Source: Dehalococcoidia bacterium
GTDB lineage: Bacteria > Chloroflexota > Dehalococcoidia > Lucifugimonadales > JAGWBF01
DNA length: 64,000 nucleotides
Direction of reading: 5' to 3'
Assembly: GCA_021295955.1 (NCBI GenBank)
Contig: JAGWBJ010000005.1
Span: 19,276 to 83,275 of the forward strand
Part shown: positions 34,506 to 43,350 of the stretch, in pieces
Position numbering within the stretch: the stretch's first letter is position 1
Layout of the letters: each line of letters starts with the position of its first letter
The notes under the pieces: model-generated
Database searches by the model: none
What the model saw: only the letters and a program-made list of their open reading frames with translations
Told to the model about the DNA's origin: nothing
Made by a program: the position numbers and the translations under genes

Positions 34506-35525
34506 CTACTGGGGGTACCTTGCCTTGCTGGCGCCCTCGAACACGGGCCCGGGGTCGAACCCGGCCAGGGCGTCGGCGCTTCCTCCCAGGGCCCCGATCA
34601 TTACCTCCATGTTCTGCAGCATGAGGCCCAGGTACGAGTGCCTGGGACCGCCAGGCTCTCCCGGCAGGTCGTCGTCGGCAAGGCCGTCCACGAAGGCCGC
34701 GCCGCCCTCTTTGGCGATCCGCTCCATCACATCACTGGGGAACACCTCGGAGCCGAACACCGCCGGCACCCCCAGCTCTCCCACCTGGTCGATGAGCCGT
34801 CCCACCTCCCTGGCCGAGGGCTCGGAGAAGTCCGAGGGTTGGACGGCGCCGACCACCTCCATGCCGTAGCGGCCGGCGAAATAGGCCCACGAGTCGTGGT
34901 AGGTGAGGAGACGGCGGTTGGCGGCGGGGACCGTCTCCACGGCGGCGGCGATGCGTCCGTCCAGATCCTCTATGCGTGCCTCGAAGGCGTCGTAGTTTTC
35001 GCTGTAGTAGGCCTCGTTCCGCGGGTCCAGCCGCACCAGCTCGTCCCGGACCAGCTCGGCGTACCGGAGGCCGAGAAGCGGGTCCGGCCACAGGTGGGGG
35101 TTGGGATGCCCGCCGGACTCGGGAAAGGAGAAGTCGAACCGCCACTCCTCACGGGTGACCGTCCGCTCCCCCAGGGACAGAATGACGGCGTCGCTTCGCT
35201 TGCCTGCCTTTGCCAGCTCCAGGGTGGGCTCCTCCAGGAAGAGGCCGTTGAGGACTATGAGGTCCGCTTCGGCCAGGAGCCGGGACACCGAGGGGGCGGG
35301 CTCGAAGGTGTGGGAGTTGACCCCCTCGGGCACGACACCCTCCAGGTCTATCCGGGCCCCGCCGATGTTCTCGACGATGCTGGTGATGGGTGACACGGTG
35401 GTTATCACCTTCAGGGGGGCGGCGTCCGCCCCATCGCCTGGGGGCGGCGCCGTCGACTCGGCCCCGCAGCCCAGCAACGCCAGGAGCAGGAAGGGGACGA
35501 CGAATAGGGCCGGCCGGCGGATCAC
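34506..35525 (-). CDS. metal ABC transporter substrate-binding lipoprotein (ZnuA/TroA family)
   Basis: The GTG at 35525 gives (M)IRRPALFVVPFLLLALLGCGAES, a lipoprotein signal with a lipobox Cys. The track start (TTG at 35624) lies upstream of a good promoter -10 and is therefore unlikely. Confidence 0.85.
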   Translation of the reverse strand: MIRRPALFVVPFLLLALLGCGAESTAPPPGDGADAAPLKVITTVSPITSIVENIGGARIDLEGVVPEGVNSHTFEPAPSVSRLLAEADLIVLNGLFLEEPTLELAKAGKRSDAVILSLGERTVTREEWRFDFSFPESGGHPNPHLWPDPLLGLRYAELVRDELVRLDPRNEAYYSENYDAFEARIEDLDGRIAAAVETVPAANRRLLTYHDSWAYFAGRYGMEVVGAVQPSDFSEPSAREVGRLIDQVGELGVPAVFGSEVFPSDVMERIAKEGGAAFVDGLADDDLPGEPGGPRHSYLGLMLQNMEVMIGALGGSADALAGFDPGPVFEGASKARYPQ

Positions 35526-35603
35526 GATACGGTACGGCTTGGCGCTAGTCCGCAAATATAGCCTAATGCGATTATTGGCATGTGCAACGCCTTTCGCCTG
35601 CCG

Positions 35604-35631
35604 AGTATAGCACATAGCCTGCAATTGTCAA
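35604..35631 (-). promoter_or_regulatory. candidate promoter of the metal ABC operon
   Basis: On the minus strand: TTGACA (35626-35631), a 16-nt spacer ending in TGC, TATACT (35604-35609). The AT-rich palindrome TAATGCGATTA (35564-35574) lies in the predicted leader. Confidence 0.4.
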
Positions 35632-35794
35632 ATGGGCGAGGCGCCCAAGGGCCCTATGCAAACGACTCACGTACGAGAGTGACGAAGAGGCGGGCTCGGA
35701 GCGACCTTCACGGCAAAGGGCAAGAAAGGGGGGCGGTTTTGGCGCCGAGCCAAAGTCGCCCCGGAACGGGCCCCGAGACGGACGTCGCCCGCGC

Positions 35795-36682
35795 CTAGGA
35801 CTTGGCCGGCCCGGCCTCTTCGGCCAGGAAACGGCGCAGTATCCGGGAAAGCTCGGCGGGCTTGTGGTAGCCGATGTCGTGGATGGTATCCGGGACCCAC
35901 TCCACGCGGCAGTCGGGGATGGCCGTACAGGCCGCCTCGGCCATCTCCTCCCTCATGCGGGCGAACTGGGACGCGGCGGACCGCTCTCCGGGTCCCGCGG
36001 GCACCACCAGGGCCGGACATTCGACCCTGTGGAACATGGTCGACGGGGGCTCGGTCCACAGGGCGTCCAACACCTGGGCGTGGTTGGCCGGGTCGAGTAT
36101 GTCCCGTACCTGGCCGTCCTCTCCAGTGTGGACCATACTCATGACGATGGGCTCGAGCTCCGGGGACCAGCAGTTGGCCAGATGGGCCTGTTGGGACGCC
36201 AGGTACTCCTCCGGGCCCCCCGTCACGCGCCGTGGCTTCAGCAGGTTCTCGAACCAATCCCGGTCGGCCCCCGGCCAGCGGGTCCAGTCCATGAACCCAC
36301 CGTCGATGAGCACGAGGCGGGAGAGACTCCGGGGGAACTTGGCCGCCAGCGCCAGGGCTACGTAGCCGCCCCACGAGTGGCCCAGCACCGCCGGCCTGTC
36401 CAGACCGACGGTCTCCATGAGCTCCACCACGTCGGCGGCCAGGCTCTGCCAATCGTACCCGGTGGAGGGATGCTCGCTGCGGCCATGGCCCCTCTGGTCG
36501 GGTGCGACGATGCGGTGTGTGTCCGTCAGCAGCGGGGCGACCAGGTCGTACCAGCGGGAGGAGGACGCCAGCCCGTGCAACGCGACGACGGGGATGCCCG
36601 CAGGCGAACCGGGGCCCCAGTCCCGGTAGTACATGCTCAGCCGGGAGGTCTGGACCCACCGCTCCCGGGGTGACTCAGCCAT
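35795..36682 (-). CDS. alpha/beta hydrolase
   Basis: 295 aa with VVALHGLASSSRWY and the nucleophile elbow LGHSWGG. Confidence 0.85.
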   Translation of the reverse strand: MAESPRERWVQTSRLSMYYRDWGPGSPAGIPVVALHGLASSSRWYDLVAPLLTDTHRIVAPDQRGHGRSEHPSTGYDWQSLAADVVELMETVGLDRPAVLGHSWGGYVALALAAKFPRSLSRLVLIDGGFMDWTRWPGADRDWFENLLKPRRVTGGPEEYLASQQAHLANCWSPELEPIVMSMVHTGEDGQVRDILDPANHAQVLDALWTEPPSTMFHRVECPALVVPAGPGERSAASQFARMREEMAEAACTAIPDCRVEWVPDTIHDIGYHKPAELSRILRRFLAEEAGPAKS

Positions 36683-36796
36683 CCTTACCCTCCCATCCAG
36701 GCCTCAGCCCCCGGCCATTGGCCCAGCCGGCCTTGCCGGGACCCGGCCAAGAGTATATCCTCCGCCGGCCCGGGTGTCTAACCCCCGCCGTCGCGG

Positions 36797-36825
36797 TTGA
36801 CGCCGGCTTACGGGATGGCTATATT
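36797..36825 (+). promoter_or_regulatory. candidate sigma-70-type promoter
   Basis: TTGACG (36797-36802), a 17-nt spacer, TATATT (36820-36825), 43 nt before the TTG start at 36868. Confidence 0.4.
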
Positions 36826-36867
36826 GGGGCCGCCTCAGACCGACCACGGACTCCCGCGAGGTGATGT

Positions 36868-37572
36868 TTGTACGCGCTGGTACTGGCCGGCGGCCGCGGA
36901 GAGCGGCTGCGCCCCCTGACCGACGACCTGCCCAAGCCTATGGTGCCCCTGCACGAGAGGCCCATCCTGTGGCACCAGGCACGGTGGCTTACGGCCGCGG
37001 GAGTCACCGATATCGTGTTCCTGGCCGGGTATCGCTGGGAGGCCATCCGGCGCTACTTTGGCGATGGAGCCGAGTTCGGCTTCCGCGCCCACTACAGCAT
37101 CGAGGAGACGCCTCTGGGCCGGGGTGGGGCCATACGGATGGGCATGGAGCGGGTGCCCGCGACCGAAACCGAGGTGGTCGTCACCAACGGAGACGTGGTC
37201 ACAAAAGAGGACCTGAGGAGCATCCACCGGCACTTCCTGGAGAGACGCAGGTCCGCGCCCGACCACCAGGCCACCATAATGGTGGTGCCCTTCGTCAGCC
37301 CCTACGGAGTGGTGGAGATGGACGGGAAGGGCGCCGTGACCGGGTTCGGCGAGAAGGCGGAGATGCCCTACTGGATCAACGGGGGAGTATACGTCCTGTC
37401 CCGGGACATCGAGGGCGCCCTTCCCGAGCTGGGCGACCACGAGGACACGACCTTCCCCTCTCTGGCGGCCAGGGGCCGGTTGACCGCGTTCAAGTCCCGG
37501 GCATTCTGGAGGAGCATAGACTCCTTCAAGGACCTGAGAGAGGCCGAAGAGGTGATGGGTGGCGGGGGATAG
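36868..37572 (+). CDS. nucleotidyltransferase (sugar-1-phosphate NTP-transferase family)
   Basis: YALVLAGGRGERLRPLTDDLPKPMVPL is the classic GxGxR NTP-transferase N-terminus. TTG start. The last 14 codons lie in the first copy of the 47-bp repeat. Confidence 0.85.
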   Translation: MYALVLAGGRGERLRPLTDDLPKPMVPLHERPILWHQARWLTAAGVTDIVFLAGYRWEAIRRYFGDGAEFGFRAHYSIEETPLGRGGAIRMGMERVPATETEVVVTNGDVVTKEDLRSIHRHFLERRRSAPDHQATIMVVPFVSPYGVVEMDGKGAVTGFGEKAEMPYWINGGVYVLSRDIEGALPELGDHEDTTFPSLAARGRLTAFKSRAFWRSIDSFKDLREAEEVMGGGG

Positions 37573-37666
37573 GCAAGGACCTGAGAGAGCCCGAGGAGGT
37601 GATGGGCGGCGGGGGATAGGCAAGGACCTGAGAGAGCCCGAAGAGGTGATGGGCGGCGGGGGATAG
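37527..37666. repeat. tandem direct repeat, 47-bp unit x 3 (CAAGGACCTGAGAGAGSCCGARGAGGTGATGGGYGGCGGGGGATAGG)
   Basis: Copies start at 37527, 37574 and 37621. Copy 1 contains the last 14 codons and the TAG stop (37570-37572) of the NTP-transferase gene. Copies 2 and 3 are intergenic. Confidence 0.95.
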
Positions 37667-37675
37667 ACGGCGGCT

Positions 37676-38362
37676 CTAGACGTGGCCGGGCAGGAGGTCT
37701 CTGTGGTGGAAGGCCCTCCACGACCCCCCTTCGTACAGGACCACCCTCCCCGGGCCGAGGACCGTCCACCGGCCCGGTGACCCGAAGCACCCGGACCCGG
37801 CGTCTATGCCCAGCACCTTCAGGCCGGCGGGGGCGTCCGAGACCAGCTCCGACGCCACTCGCTCCGGGTCCCTGGTCTCGTGATGGGGCAGTACGGCGAC
37901 GCCCCCGGCCAACCCCAGGGCCGGCGCCCAACGTCCGTCCGAGGGGACCCGCATCATCGAGCCCATGACCATCGCCCCCGCGCTGGACCCTCCCACCACG
38001 GCGCCGGCGGCCATACACTCCCGGAGCTGCTCCAGCAGCCGTGAGCCATCCAGGGTGGCCAGCAGATGGTCGGGGCTCCCTCCGGTGAAGTACACCAGCG
38101 AGGCCCCCGCAGCCCCGGCTACGAGGTGCGGGTCGTCCGCATCCTGCCGGTCCAGCACCATCAGCTCCGCCGCCGCCGCGCCCAGGCCTGAGAAGTAGGC
38201 GACGCCGTTGGCGGCCGCCTTGGCGGCCCCCCTGCGGGCGGCGGTGGGGACTATCAGCACACGGGGCGGATCCTGGCCAGTCGACTGCAGGACGGCGGCG
38301 TCCATGACCTCGCACCCCGCCCGGAACTCGTCGCCTCCGGCGAGGACTATCCCCCCCGTCAC
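37676..38362 (-). CDS. peptidase S51 / cyanophycinase-like (type 1 glutamine-amidotransferase-like fold)
   Basis: 228 aa with LVYFTGGSPDHLL and VVGGSSAGAMVMG (nucleophile Ser context of the S51 family). Confidence 0.75.
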   Translation of the reverse strand: MTGGIVLAGGDEFRAGCEVMDAAVLQSTGQDPPRVLIVPTAARRGAAKAAANGVAYFSGLGAAAAELMVLDRQDADDPHLVAGAAGASLVYFTGGSPDHLLATLDGSRLLEQLRECMAAGAVVGGSSAGAMVMGSMMRVPSDGRWAPALGLAGGVAVLPHHETRDPERVASELVSDAPAGLKVLGIDAGSGCFGSPGRWTVLGPGRVVLYEGGSWRAFHHRDLLPGHV

Positions 38363-38366
38363 GGGG

Positions 38367-39185
38367 TCATCCCCGGGGCTGCCAGCTCACCACCATGGGG
38401 GTGAGCTCAGGCGTGCCCCGTATCCGGAAGATGCCGTCCTCTTCCACCAGCAAGCCCGGCAGGCTCTCCTCCAGCAGTTTCTGCTTCTCGCCTCCGGGAG
38501 CCAGGTACAGACGCGCTGTAAGCTGCCCCACGGCGTCCTCTACGGAGTCGAAGCCCCTGGAGGGGTGGGGCGGGAGGGGGTCGAACCGGGCGTCCACGCC
38601 CATCTCCTGCAGGACCTCTCTGAGCTCCGGGACGGCGGGAAGCTGCAGCCGCTCTTCTCCGTGGACAAGCTCCCACAGGGGCGAGTTCTGGAACTGGGGC
38701 GATCGGTCGTACAGGACGACCTGCACCTTGCGGCGGGCATGGTCGTTCAGCTTCCTCACGAATACGTCGACGTCGTGGACCACGTACAGTACGTGACAGC
38801 ACAGGACCACGTCGGCCGGCTCCACCTCCGCGTCCTCCCACCGGGCCTCGACCAGGGACACGTTGCCGATGCCGTGGGTCCGGGCCTCGTCCAGGAGGAC
38901 CGAGCCCATGCTCTGGGAGGGTTCCACCGCTACTACCTGGCCGCAACTGAGGGCCAGGGCCAGGGCCAGCCTGCCCCCTCCGGCGCCCACGTCCATCACC
39001 CGGTCTTCGGGCCTGACATCCTCCAACAGCCGGTCCAAGAGCTCATCGTCGGTCCTGAGCGGGTCGGCCCGAAAGTTCTCGGCGTAGGGCTTCCAGTGAT
39101 CGGAGGGAGGGGCCTCCCACCGGGCCCTGTCCGATTGGGCGTGCTCGGCCTCGACCATCCGCTGCCAGCGTTCCGCAGCGTTCAC
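38367..39185 (-). CDS. class I SAM-dependent methyltransferase
   Basis: Motif [16 protein letters not shown]. The GTG at 39185 overlaps the upstream stop (GTGA). The track ORF extension to 39440 overlaps the MsrB domain region in another frame. Confidence 0.82.
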   Translation of the reverse strand: MNAAERWQRMVEAEHAQSDRARWEAPPSDHWKPYAENFRADPLRTDDELLDRLLEDVRPEDRVMDVGAGGGRLALALALSCGQVVAVEPSQSMGSVLLDEARTHGIGNVSLVEARWEDAEVEPADVVLCCHVLYVVHDVDVFVRKLNDHARRKVQVVLYDRSPQFQNSPLWELVHGEERLQLPAVPELREVLQEMGVDARFDPLPPHPSRGFDSVEDAVGQLTARLYLAPGGEKQKLLEESLPGLLVEEDGIFRIRGTPELTPMVVSWQPRG

Positions 39186-40399
39186 AGGGACCCCTCGCGC
39201 ACGAACCTCATGGAGATGGAGTTGACGCAATGACGGGTGTTGGTCCCGGTAAGCCCCTCTCCCACGAACACGTGACCCAGGTGCCCGCCACAGGCGGCGC
39301 ACTCGATCTCCGTCCGGAATCCGTCCGGATCGGGCAAACGGTTCACCGCTCCGGGCACCTCCCTGTCGAAGGCGGGCCAGCCGCAACGGGCGTCGAACTT
39401 GTCGGCCGACCTGTACAACTCGGCGTCGCACCTGCGACACACGTAGGTGCCCGGCTCGTAGAAGTCGTCGTACTCCCCCGTGAAGGGAGGTTCCGTGCCC
39501 TTGCGCTCGATTACGTACCGCTCCCGGTCGGACAGGGGGTTGTAGCTTGGCTTCCGCGTCTCCATCAGCCAGCCACGGACCGCCGCCAGGAAGCCTCCCG
39601 GGTTATCCTCGAACACCATGTGGGCCGCCTGCGGGACCTCGGCCAGCCGGCCGTCGGGCAGTACGTCCAGCATGCGCCGGGCAACCTCGGGAGCCAGCAG
39701 GTCCGTTTCCACGCCGCGGACTATCAGGGTGGGACACTCGACCGACGCCAGCAGGGGCCACATGTCGGGAGGCTGGGCTCCCGTGCCGTGCCGCACCTGC
39801 TCTCGGATGGCCAGGTCGTACAGCCAGCCGATCTTTCCGCCGTCCATCTTCCGCGTCGAGTGGGCGAGCCTGCGGCGCAGAAGGGGCTCCGGTGTAAGGG
39901 GGTTCTCGGCGCTCATGTACTCGACCACGTCCTCGAAGGAGTCGAACTCCTCGGGCACGGCCACCATCTCGGCGCGTATCCGGTCGATGCCCCGCTGGTC
40001 GGACTCGGCGCCGACGTCCACCATGACCAGCTTCTCCACTCTGTCGGGGAACCGCGCGGCGAAGTTGACCGCATTCTGGCCTCCCATGGAGTGCCCCACC
40101 AGCACGAAGGGCTCCAAAGCGAGTGCCTCGCTGAGGGCCTCCAGGTCGGCCACGTAGGCCTGGGTGCTGTAGTCGCCGTCCGAGGCCCAATCGCTGCCGC
40201 CTCGGCCCCGCTGGTCCACCGCCAGGACGTGGTAGTCGCCGCACATGGCCGAAGAGAAGTCGTCCCACGAGTGGCGATGGCCCCGCAGTCCGTGGAGCAG
40301 CACCATGGGGGTCTTCCCTTCAGTGCCCCAGTCCAGGTAGCTGAGCCTGATGCCATTGGCGGTGACGGTCCTCTCCCGGGCCTGCTTCAGGGTGGTCAT
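39182..40399 (-). CDS. msrB: alpha/beta hydrolase fused in frame to peptide-methionine (R)-S-oxide reductase MsrB
   Basis: From the ATG at 40399: [25 protein letters not shown]...VGHSMGG...FLAAVRGWL, followed directly by [11 protein letters not shown]...CRRC...[12 protein letters not shown]...RHCVNS (MsrB zinc CxxC pairs and catalytic Cys). No stop codon between the two domains. Confidence 0.8.
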   Translation of the reverse strand: MTTLKQARERTVTANGIRLSYLDWGTEGKTPMVLLHGLRGHRHSWDDFSSAMCGDYHVLAVDQRGRGGSDWASDGDYSTQAYVADLEALSEALALEPFVLVGHSMGGQNAVNFAARFPDRVEKLVMVDVGAESDQRGIDRIRAEMVAVPEEFDSFEDVVEYMSAENPLTPEPLLRRRLAHSTRKMDGGKIGWLYDLAIREQVRHGTGAQPPDMWPLLASVECPTLIVRGVETDLLAPEVARRMLDVLPDGRLAEVPQAAHMVFEDNPGGFLAAVRGWLMETRKPSYNPLSDRERYVIERKGTEPPFTGEYDDFYEPGTYVCRRCDAELYRSADKFDARCGWPAFDREVPGAVNRLPDPDGFRTEIECAACGGHLGHVFVGEGLTGTNTRHCVNSISMRFVREGSL

Positions 40400-40473
40400 G
40401 CCTAGCCTCCCGACATTCGATGGGGTGGTCCGAGGCCAGTATAACACGGGGGGGCCGGAGCCCCTCACCCCAA

Positions 40474-40496
40474 CCCCTCTCCCCCGGGGAGAGGGG
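40474..40496. repeat. 23-bp near-perfect palindrome CCCCTCTCCCC-C-GGGGAGAGGGG in a divergent intergenic region
   Basis: Arms at 40474-40484 and 40486-40496 are exact reverse complements. Preceded by CCCCTCACCCCAA. Confidence 0.9.
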
Positions 40497-40679
40497 CTAT
40501 GGACGGCGTTGACTGGCTGTCTCGGGCGCACTAGACTGGGAACAATCCCAGACGCCTGACTACGGCTGTCGCCGTCGCGCGGGAGCACGATTCCATGCAG
40601 CAAACAATCTCCCCTGCGGGAAGCCATGCACCACGGGGCCGTCGCCCGCGATGCCGCCCGCAGTCCCACTCCAAGACCG

Positions 40680-41204
40680 ATGAAGGGTAGGTGGGCTGTA
40701 GTCCTGCTGCTGGTGGCGGCCGCCTGCGGGGGTGGGGAGAGCGGGGAGCCGCTGCCGACGGCCGCGCCGCAGGAGGGCGTGCAGGTCACGGCAGTGGTGG
40801 AGGGCGACAGCTTCGACGTCCTCTTCCACGACGGCTCCACCGACCGGGTCAGGCTGCTCGGCATCGACGTCCCCGACACGTCCCCGGAGAGCAGCCTGGA
40901 CGAGTACGGGGACATTGCCGACCGGGACTGCCTGAAAGACTGGGGAGAGCTGGCAACGGAGTTTGCCACGGCCAGTATGGCCGGCAGGGATGTCACCCTG
41001 ATCGAGGACCCCGCAGCCGGGGGGCGGGACGACTCCGGGGCACTGCTGGCCTACGTGGAGGTCGACGGGCGCGATTTCGGCACAATACTGGTGGAGCAGG
41101 GTCTGGCCCGGGCCTACGTCGAGGGGACCGGCGGCCTCAAGAGGGACTACCTGGCCTCCGAGGCCCTGGTCCGCACCAGCGGAGTGGGCCTGTGGTCGTG
41201 TTAG
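40680..41204 (+). CDS. thermonuclease (staphylococcal nuclease, SNase-like) lipoprotein
   Basis: The ATG at 40680 gives [18 protein letters not shown] (lipobox). Contains DGDSFDV...[10 protein letters not shown] and [25 protein letters not shown]. Confidence 0.82.
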   Translation: MKGRWAVVLLLVAAACGGGESGEPLPTAAPQEGVQVTAVVEGDSFDVLFHDGSTDRVRLLGIDVPDTSPESSLDEYGDIADRDCLKDWGELATEFATASMAGRDVTLIEDPAAGGRDDSGALLAYVEVDGRDFGTILVEQGLARAYVEGTGGLKRDYLASEALVRTSGVGLWSC

Positions 41205-41260
41205 CTCGCTGGGGGTCACTCCCGGAGCTCCAGACGCGCGACGGCTTCGCCAGACGTCGC

Positions 41261-41698
41261 CTAGCCCAAATGGACGATCTCGACGTCGCCCCAGTGGCGC
41301 TGGAGATACTCGGCGACCAACCGGCGGTGACACCGGTCGGGTCTGTCCTCACTGCACAGCAGGCATCCGTTGGAGACCGTCCTCTTTATCGGCATCTTCC
41401 CAACTCGCCGCTGGTCCATGAGGGCGAGGAACCGGCGTTCGTAGGTGGCCCAGTCGCACTGGCCATTTCGATAGGCCCGCAGCAGCTCCTTGGTGGGGGC
41501 CAGCTCGGGCAAATGGACGTATCTCATCCGGCATATCTTATCTACCAGGTATTCGAGGTCGCCTTTCTTGGTGAATCCGGCCAGCTGGGAGAGGTTACTC
41601 ACCCGCACGTCCACCAGGCGCTTGGCCCCCGACCCGCGAATCAGCTCGAAGAAGTCGGAGGCGGACTTCTTCGTGAACCCGATGGTATACACTTTCAC
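41261..41698 (-). CDS. DUF488 domain-containing protein
   Basis: From the GTG at 41698: VKVYTIGFTKKSASDFFELI...LLCSEDRPDRCHRRLVAEYL, typical of DUF488. Confidence 0.8.
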   Translation of the reverse strand: MKVYTIGFTKKSASDFFELIRGSGAKRLVDVRVSNLSQLAGFTKKGDLEYLVDKICRMRYVHLPELAPTKELLRAYRNGQCDWATYERRFLALMDQRRVGKMPIKRTVSNGCLLCSEDRPDRCHRRLVAEYLQRHWGDVEIVHLG

Positions 41699-41811
41699 GG
41701 GGCGTTCTCCAACCGTCAACCACGGGGGATTGGTCCTGATGCGGACCTCCGAGGCTGATGGTAACACACGGGAGAAGGACACTCTCGCCGCCTGCGGGCA
41801 GCCCGGAACGC

Positions 41812-41841
41812 TTGACGAAACATCGATAGCTCGACTACAAT
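41812..41841 (+). promoter_or_regulatory. candidate sigma-70-type promoter upstream of DUF1800 copy 2
   Basis: TTGACG (41812-41817), an 18-nt spacer containing TCGATAG, TACAAT (41836-41841). A further TATAAT lies at 41867-41872. Confidence 0.45.
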
Positions 41842-41916
41842 CGGCCCCGATTCAGTAGATGCACTTTATAATGTGCTAGCATTTGCCGCGATTCGGCGGG
41901 AAGGCGGGTCTGTAAC

Positions 41917-43350
41917 ATGTCCCAGCAGGAAATAGAGCTCATGGCCCATCTGATGCGCCGTGCCGGCTTCGGGGCCACCAGGGACGAGTTGGAGAGCTAC
42001 GTTGCCCAGGGGTACGAAGCGGTGGTGGAGCAGCTCCTGGATCCCCAGCACGCCCCCGCCGAGCTGGACGACGAGGACCTCATCAGGCGCTACCACACCG
42101 ACGCCAACGACATGCCGGTGAAGGACAGCGGCCAGTCCTACTGGCTGTACCGCATGATCAACACCCGGCGGCCCCTGGAGGAGAAGCTGGCCCTCTTCTG
42201 GCACGGGCTGCTTCCGTCCGGATACACCAAGGTCTCCCGGACGATGGTCCTCCTGCGGCAGATCGAGATGTTCCGCCGCTTCGGGATGGGCAGTTTTCAC
42301 ACCCTGCTGATGGAGCTGTCCCAAGACCCGGCCATGCTGTTCTGGCTGGACAACAAGGACAACCACAAGGACGAGCCCAACGAGAACTACGGCCGGGAGC
42401 TGCTGGAGCTGTTCTCCATGGGAGTGGGCAACTACACCGAGCAGGACGTGTACGAGGCGTCCCGGGCGTTCACCGGATGGACCATATACAACGCCGACCT
42501 GCACACCGTCCGGACCAACATGATGACGAACCACCCCTATGGGAAGCTGGACTGGCAGTTCCAGTACCTGAACGAGGACCACGATGACGGCGAGAAGGCC
42601 TTCCTCGGCCAGCGGGGCGCCCTCAACGGAGAGGATGTCATTGACATAATATGCCGGCAACCCGCCACCGCCCGGTTCCTCTCCCGCCACCTGTACAACT
42701 TCTTCGTCGCCGACGAGCCCCAGGTGCCCGCCTGGCAAACCGTGCCCCCCAGGGACCCGGAGGCGATCCAGACCTTGGTCGACGCGTATTTCGAGAACGA
42801 CTACCACATCCGCCCCATCCTGCGGGTCCTGTTCAACTCCGACTTCTTCAAGAAGGCCGCCTTCGCCAAGGTCAAGAGCCCCACGGAGGTGGTCGTCGGC
42901 ACCGTCCGCCTCGTCGGCGGGCACCGGTTCCCGGCGTTGGAGGATATGAAGCTGGCGGGCCAGATAGGCCTGATGGGCCAGGAAATCCTCGACCCTCCCA
43001 GCGTCGAAGGGTGGCATACGGGGACCGAGTGGATCAACAGCGGTGCGCTGGTACAGCGGGTCAATTTCGCCGTGGAGCAGCTCGCAGACCCGGACAAGCC
43101 GGGGGTGAGGTCCATCATCGACCGGATCGCGTCCATGGGCGCGGTATCTCCCGAACGGTTGGTGGACACGTGCCTCGACCTGGTGGGCCCCATGCGGGTC
43201 TCCGACGACACCCGTCAACAGCTGGTGGGCCAGGCTGAGGCCGGCGGCGAGATAAGGTTCGACTCCGAGCCCGTGAGCCGCCGGGCGGCGGAGTCCGTCA
43301 AGAGGCTCCTCCAGCTCATCGTATCGACCCGGGAATACCAGCTTTGCTGA
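41917..43350 (+). CDS. DUF1800 domain-containing protein (copy 2)
   Basis: 477 aa, colinear with 22156-23592 (LMRRAGFG, LFWHGLLPSGY, LFWLDN, NENYGRELLELFSMGVGNYTEQDV). Confidence 0.88.
   Translation: MSQQEIELMAHLMRRAGFGATRDELESYVAQGYEAVVEQLLDPQHAPAELDDEDLIRRYHTDANDMPVKDSGQSYWLYRMINTRRPLEEKLALFWHGLLPSGYTKVSRTMVLLRQIEMFRRFGMGSFHTLLMELSQDPAMLFWLDNKDNHKDEPNENYGRELLELFSMGVGNYTEQDVYEASRAFTGWTIYNADLHTVRTNMMTNHPYGKLDWQFQYLNEDHDDGEKAFLGQRGALNGEDVIDIICRQPATARFLSRHLYNFFVADEPQVPAWQTVPPRDPEAIQTLVDAYFENDYHIRPILRVLFNSDFFKKAAFAKVKSPTEVVVGTVRLVGGHRFPALEDMKLAGQIGLMGQEILDPPSVEGWHTGTEWINSGALVQRVNFAVEQLADPDKPGVRSIIDRIASMGAVSPERLVDTCLDLVGPMRVSDDTRQQLVGQAEAGGEIRFDSEPVSRRAAESVKRLLQLIVSTREYQLC

Noticed and set aside
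36861-37619. 252-aa alternative-frame ORF overlapping the nucleotidyltransferase gene and reading into the 47-bp repeats
   Set aside because: The other frame (36868-37572) carries the unmistakable NTP-transferase N-terminal motif. The alternative frame is Arg/Gly/Pro-rich.
40400-40996. N-terminal 199 codons of the 604-aa reverse ORF 39182-40996
   Set aside because: It is low-complexity Ser/Pro/Ala/Arg sequence that reads through the GC palindrome and overlaps the nuclease gene on the other strand. The hydrolase domain begins at the ATG at 40399.
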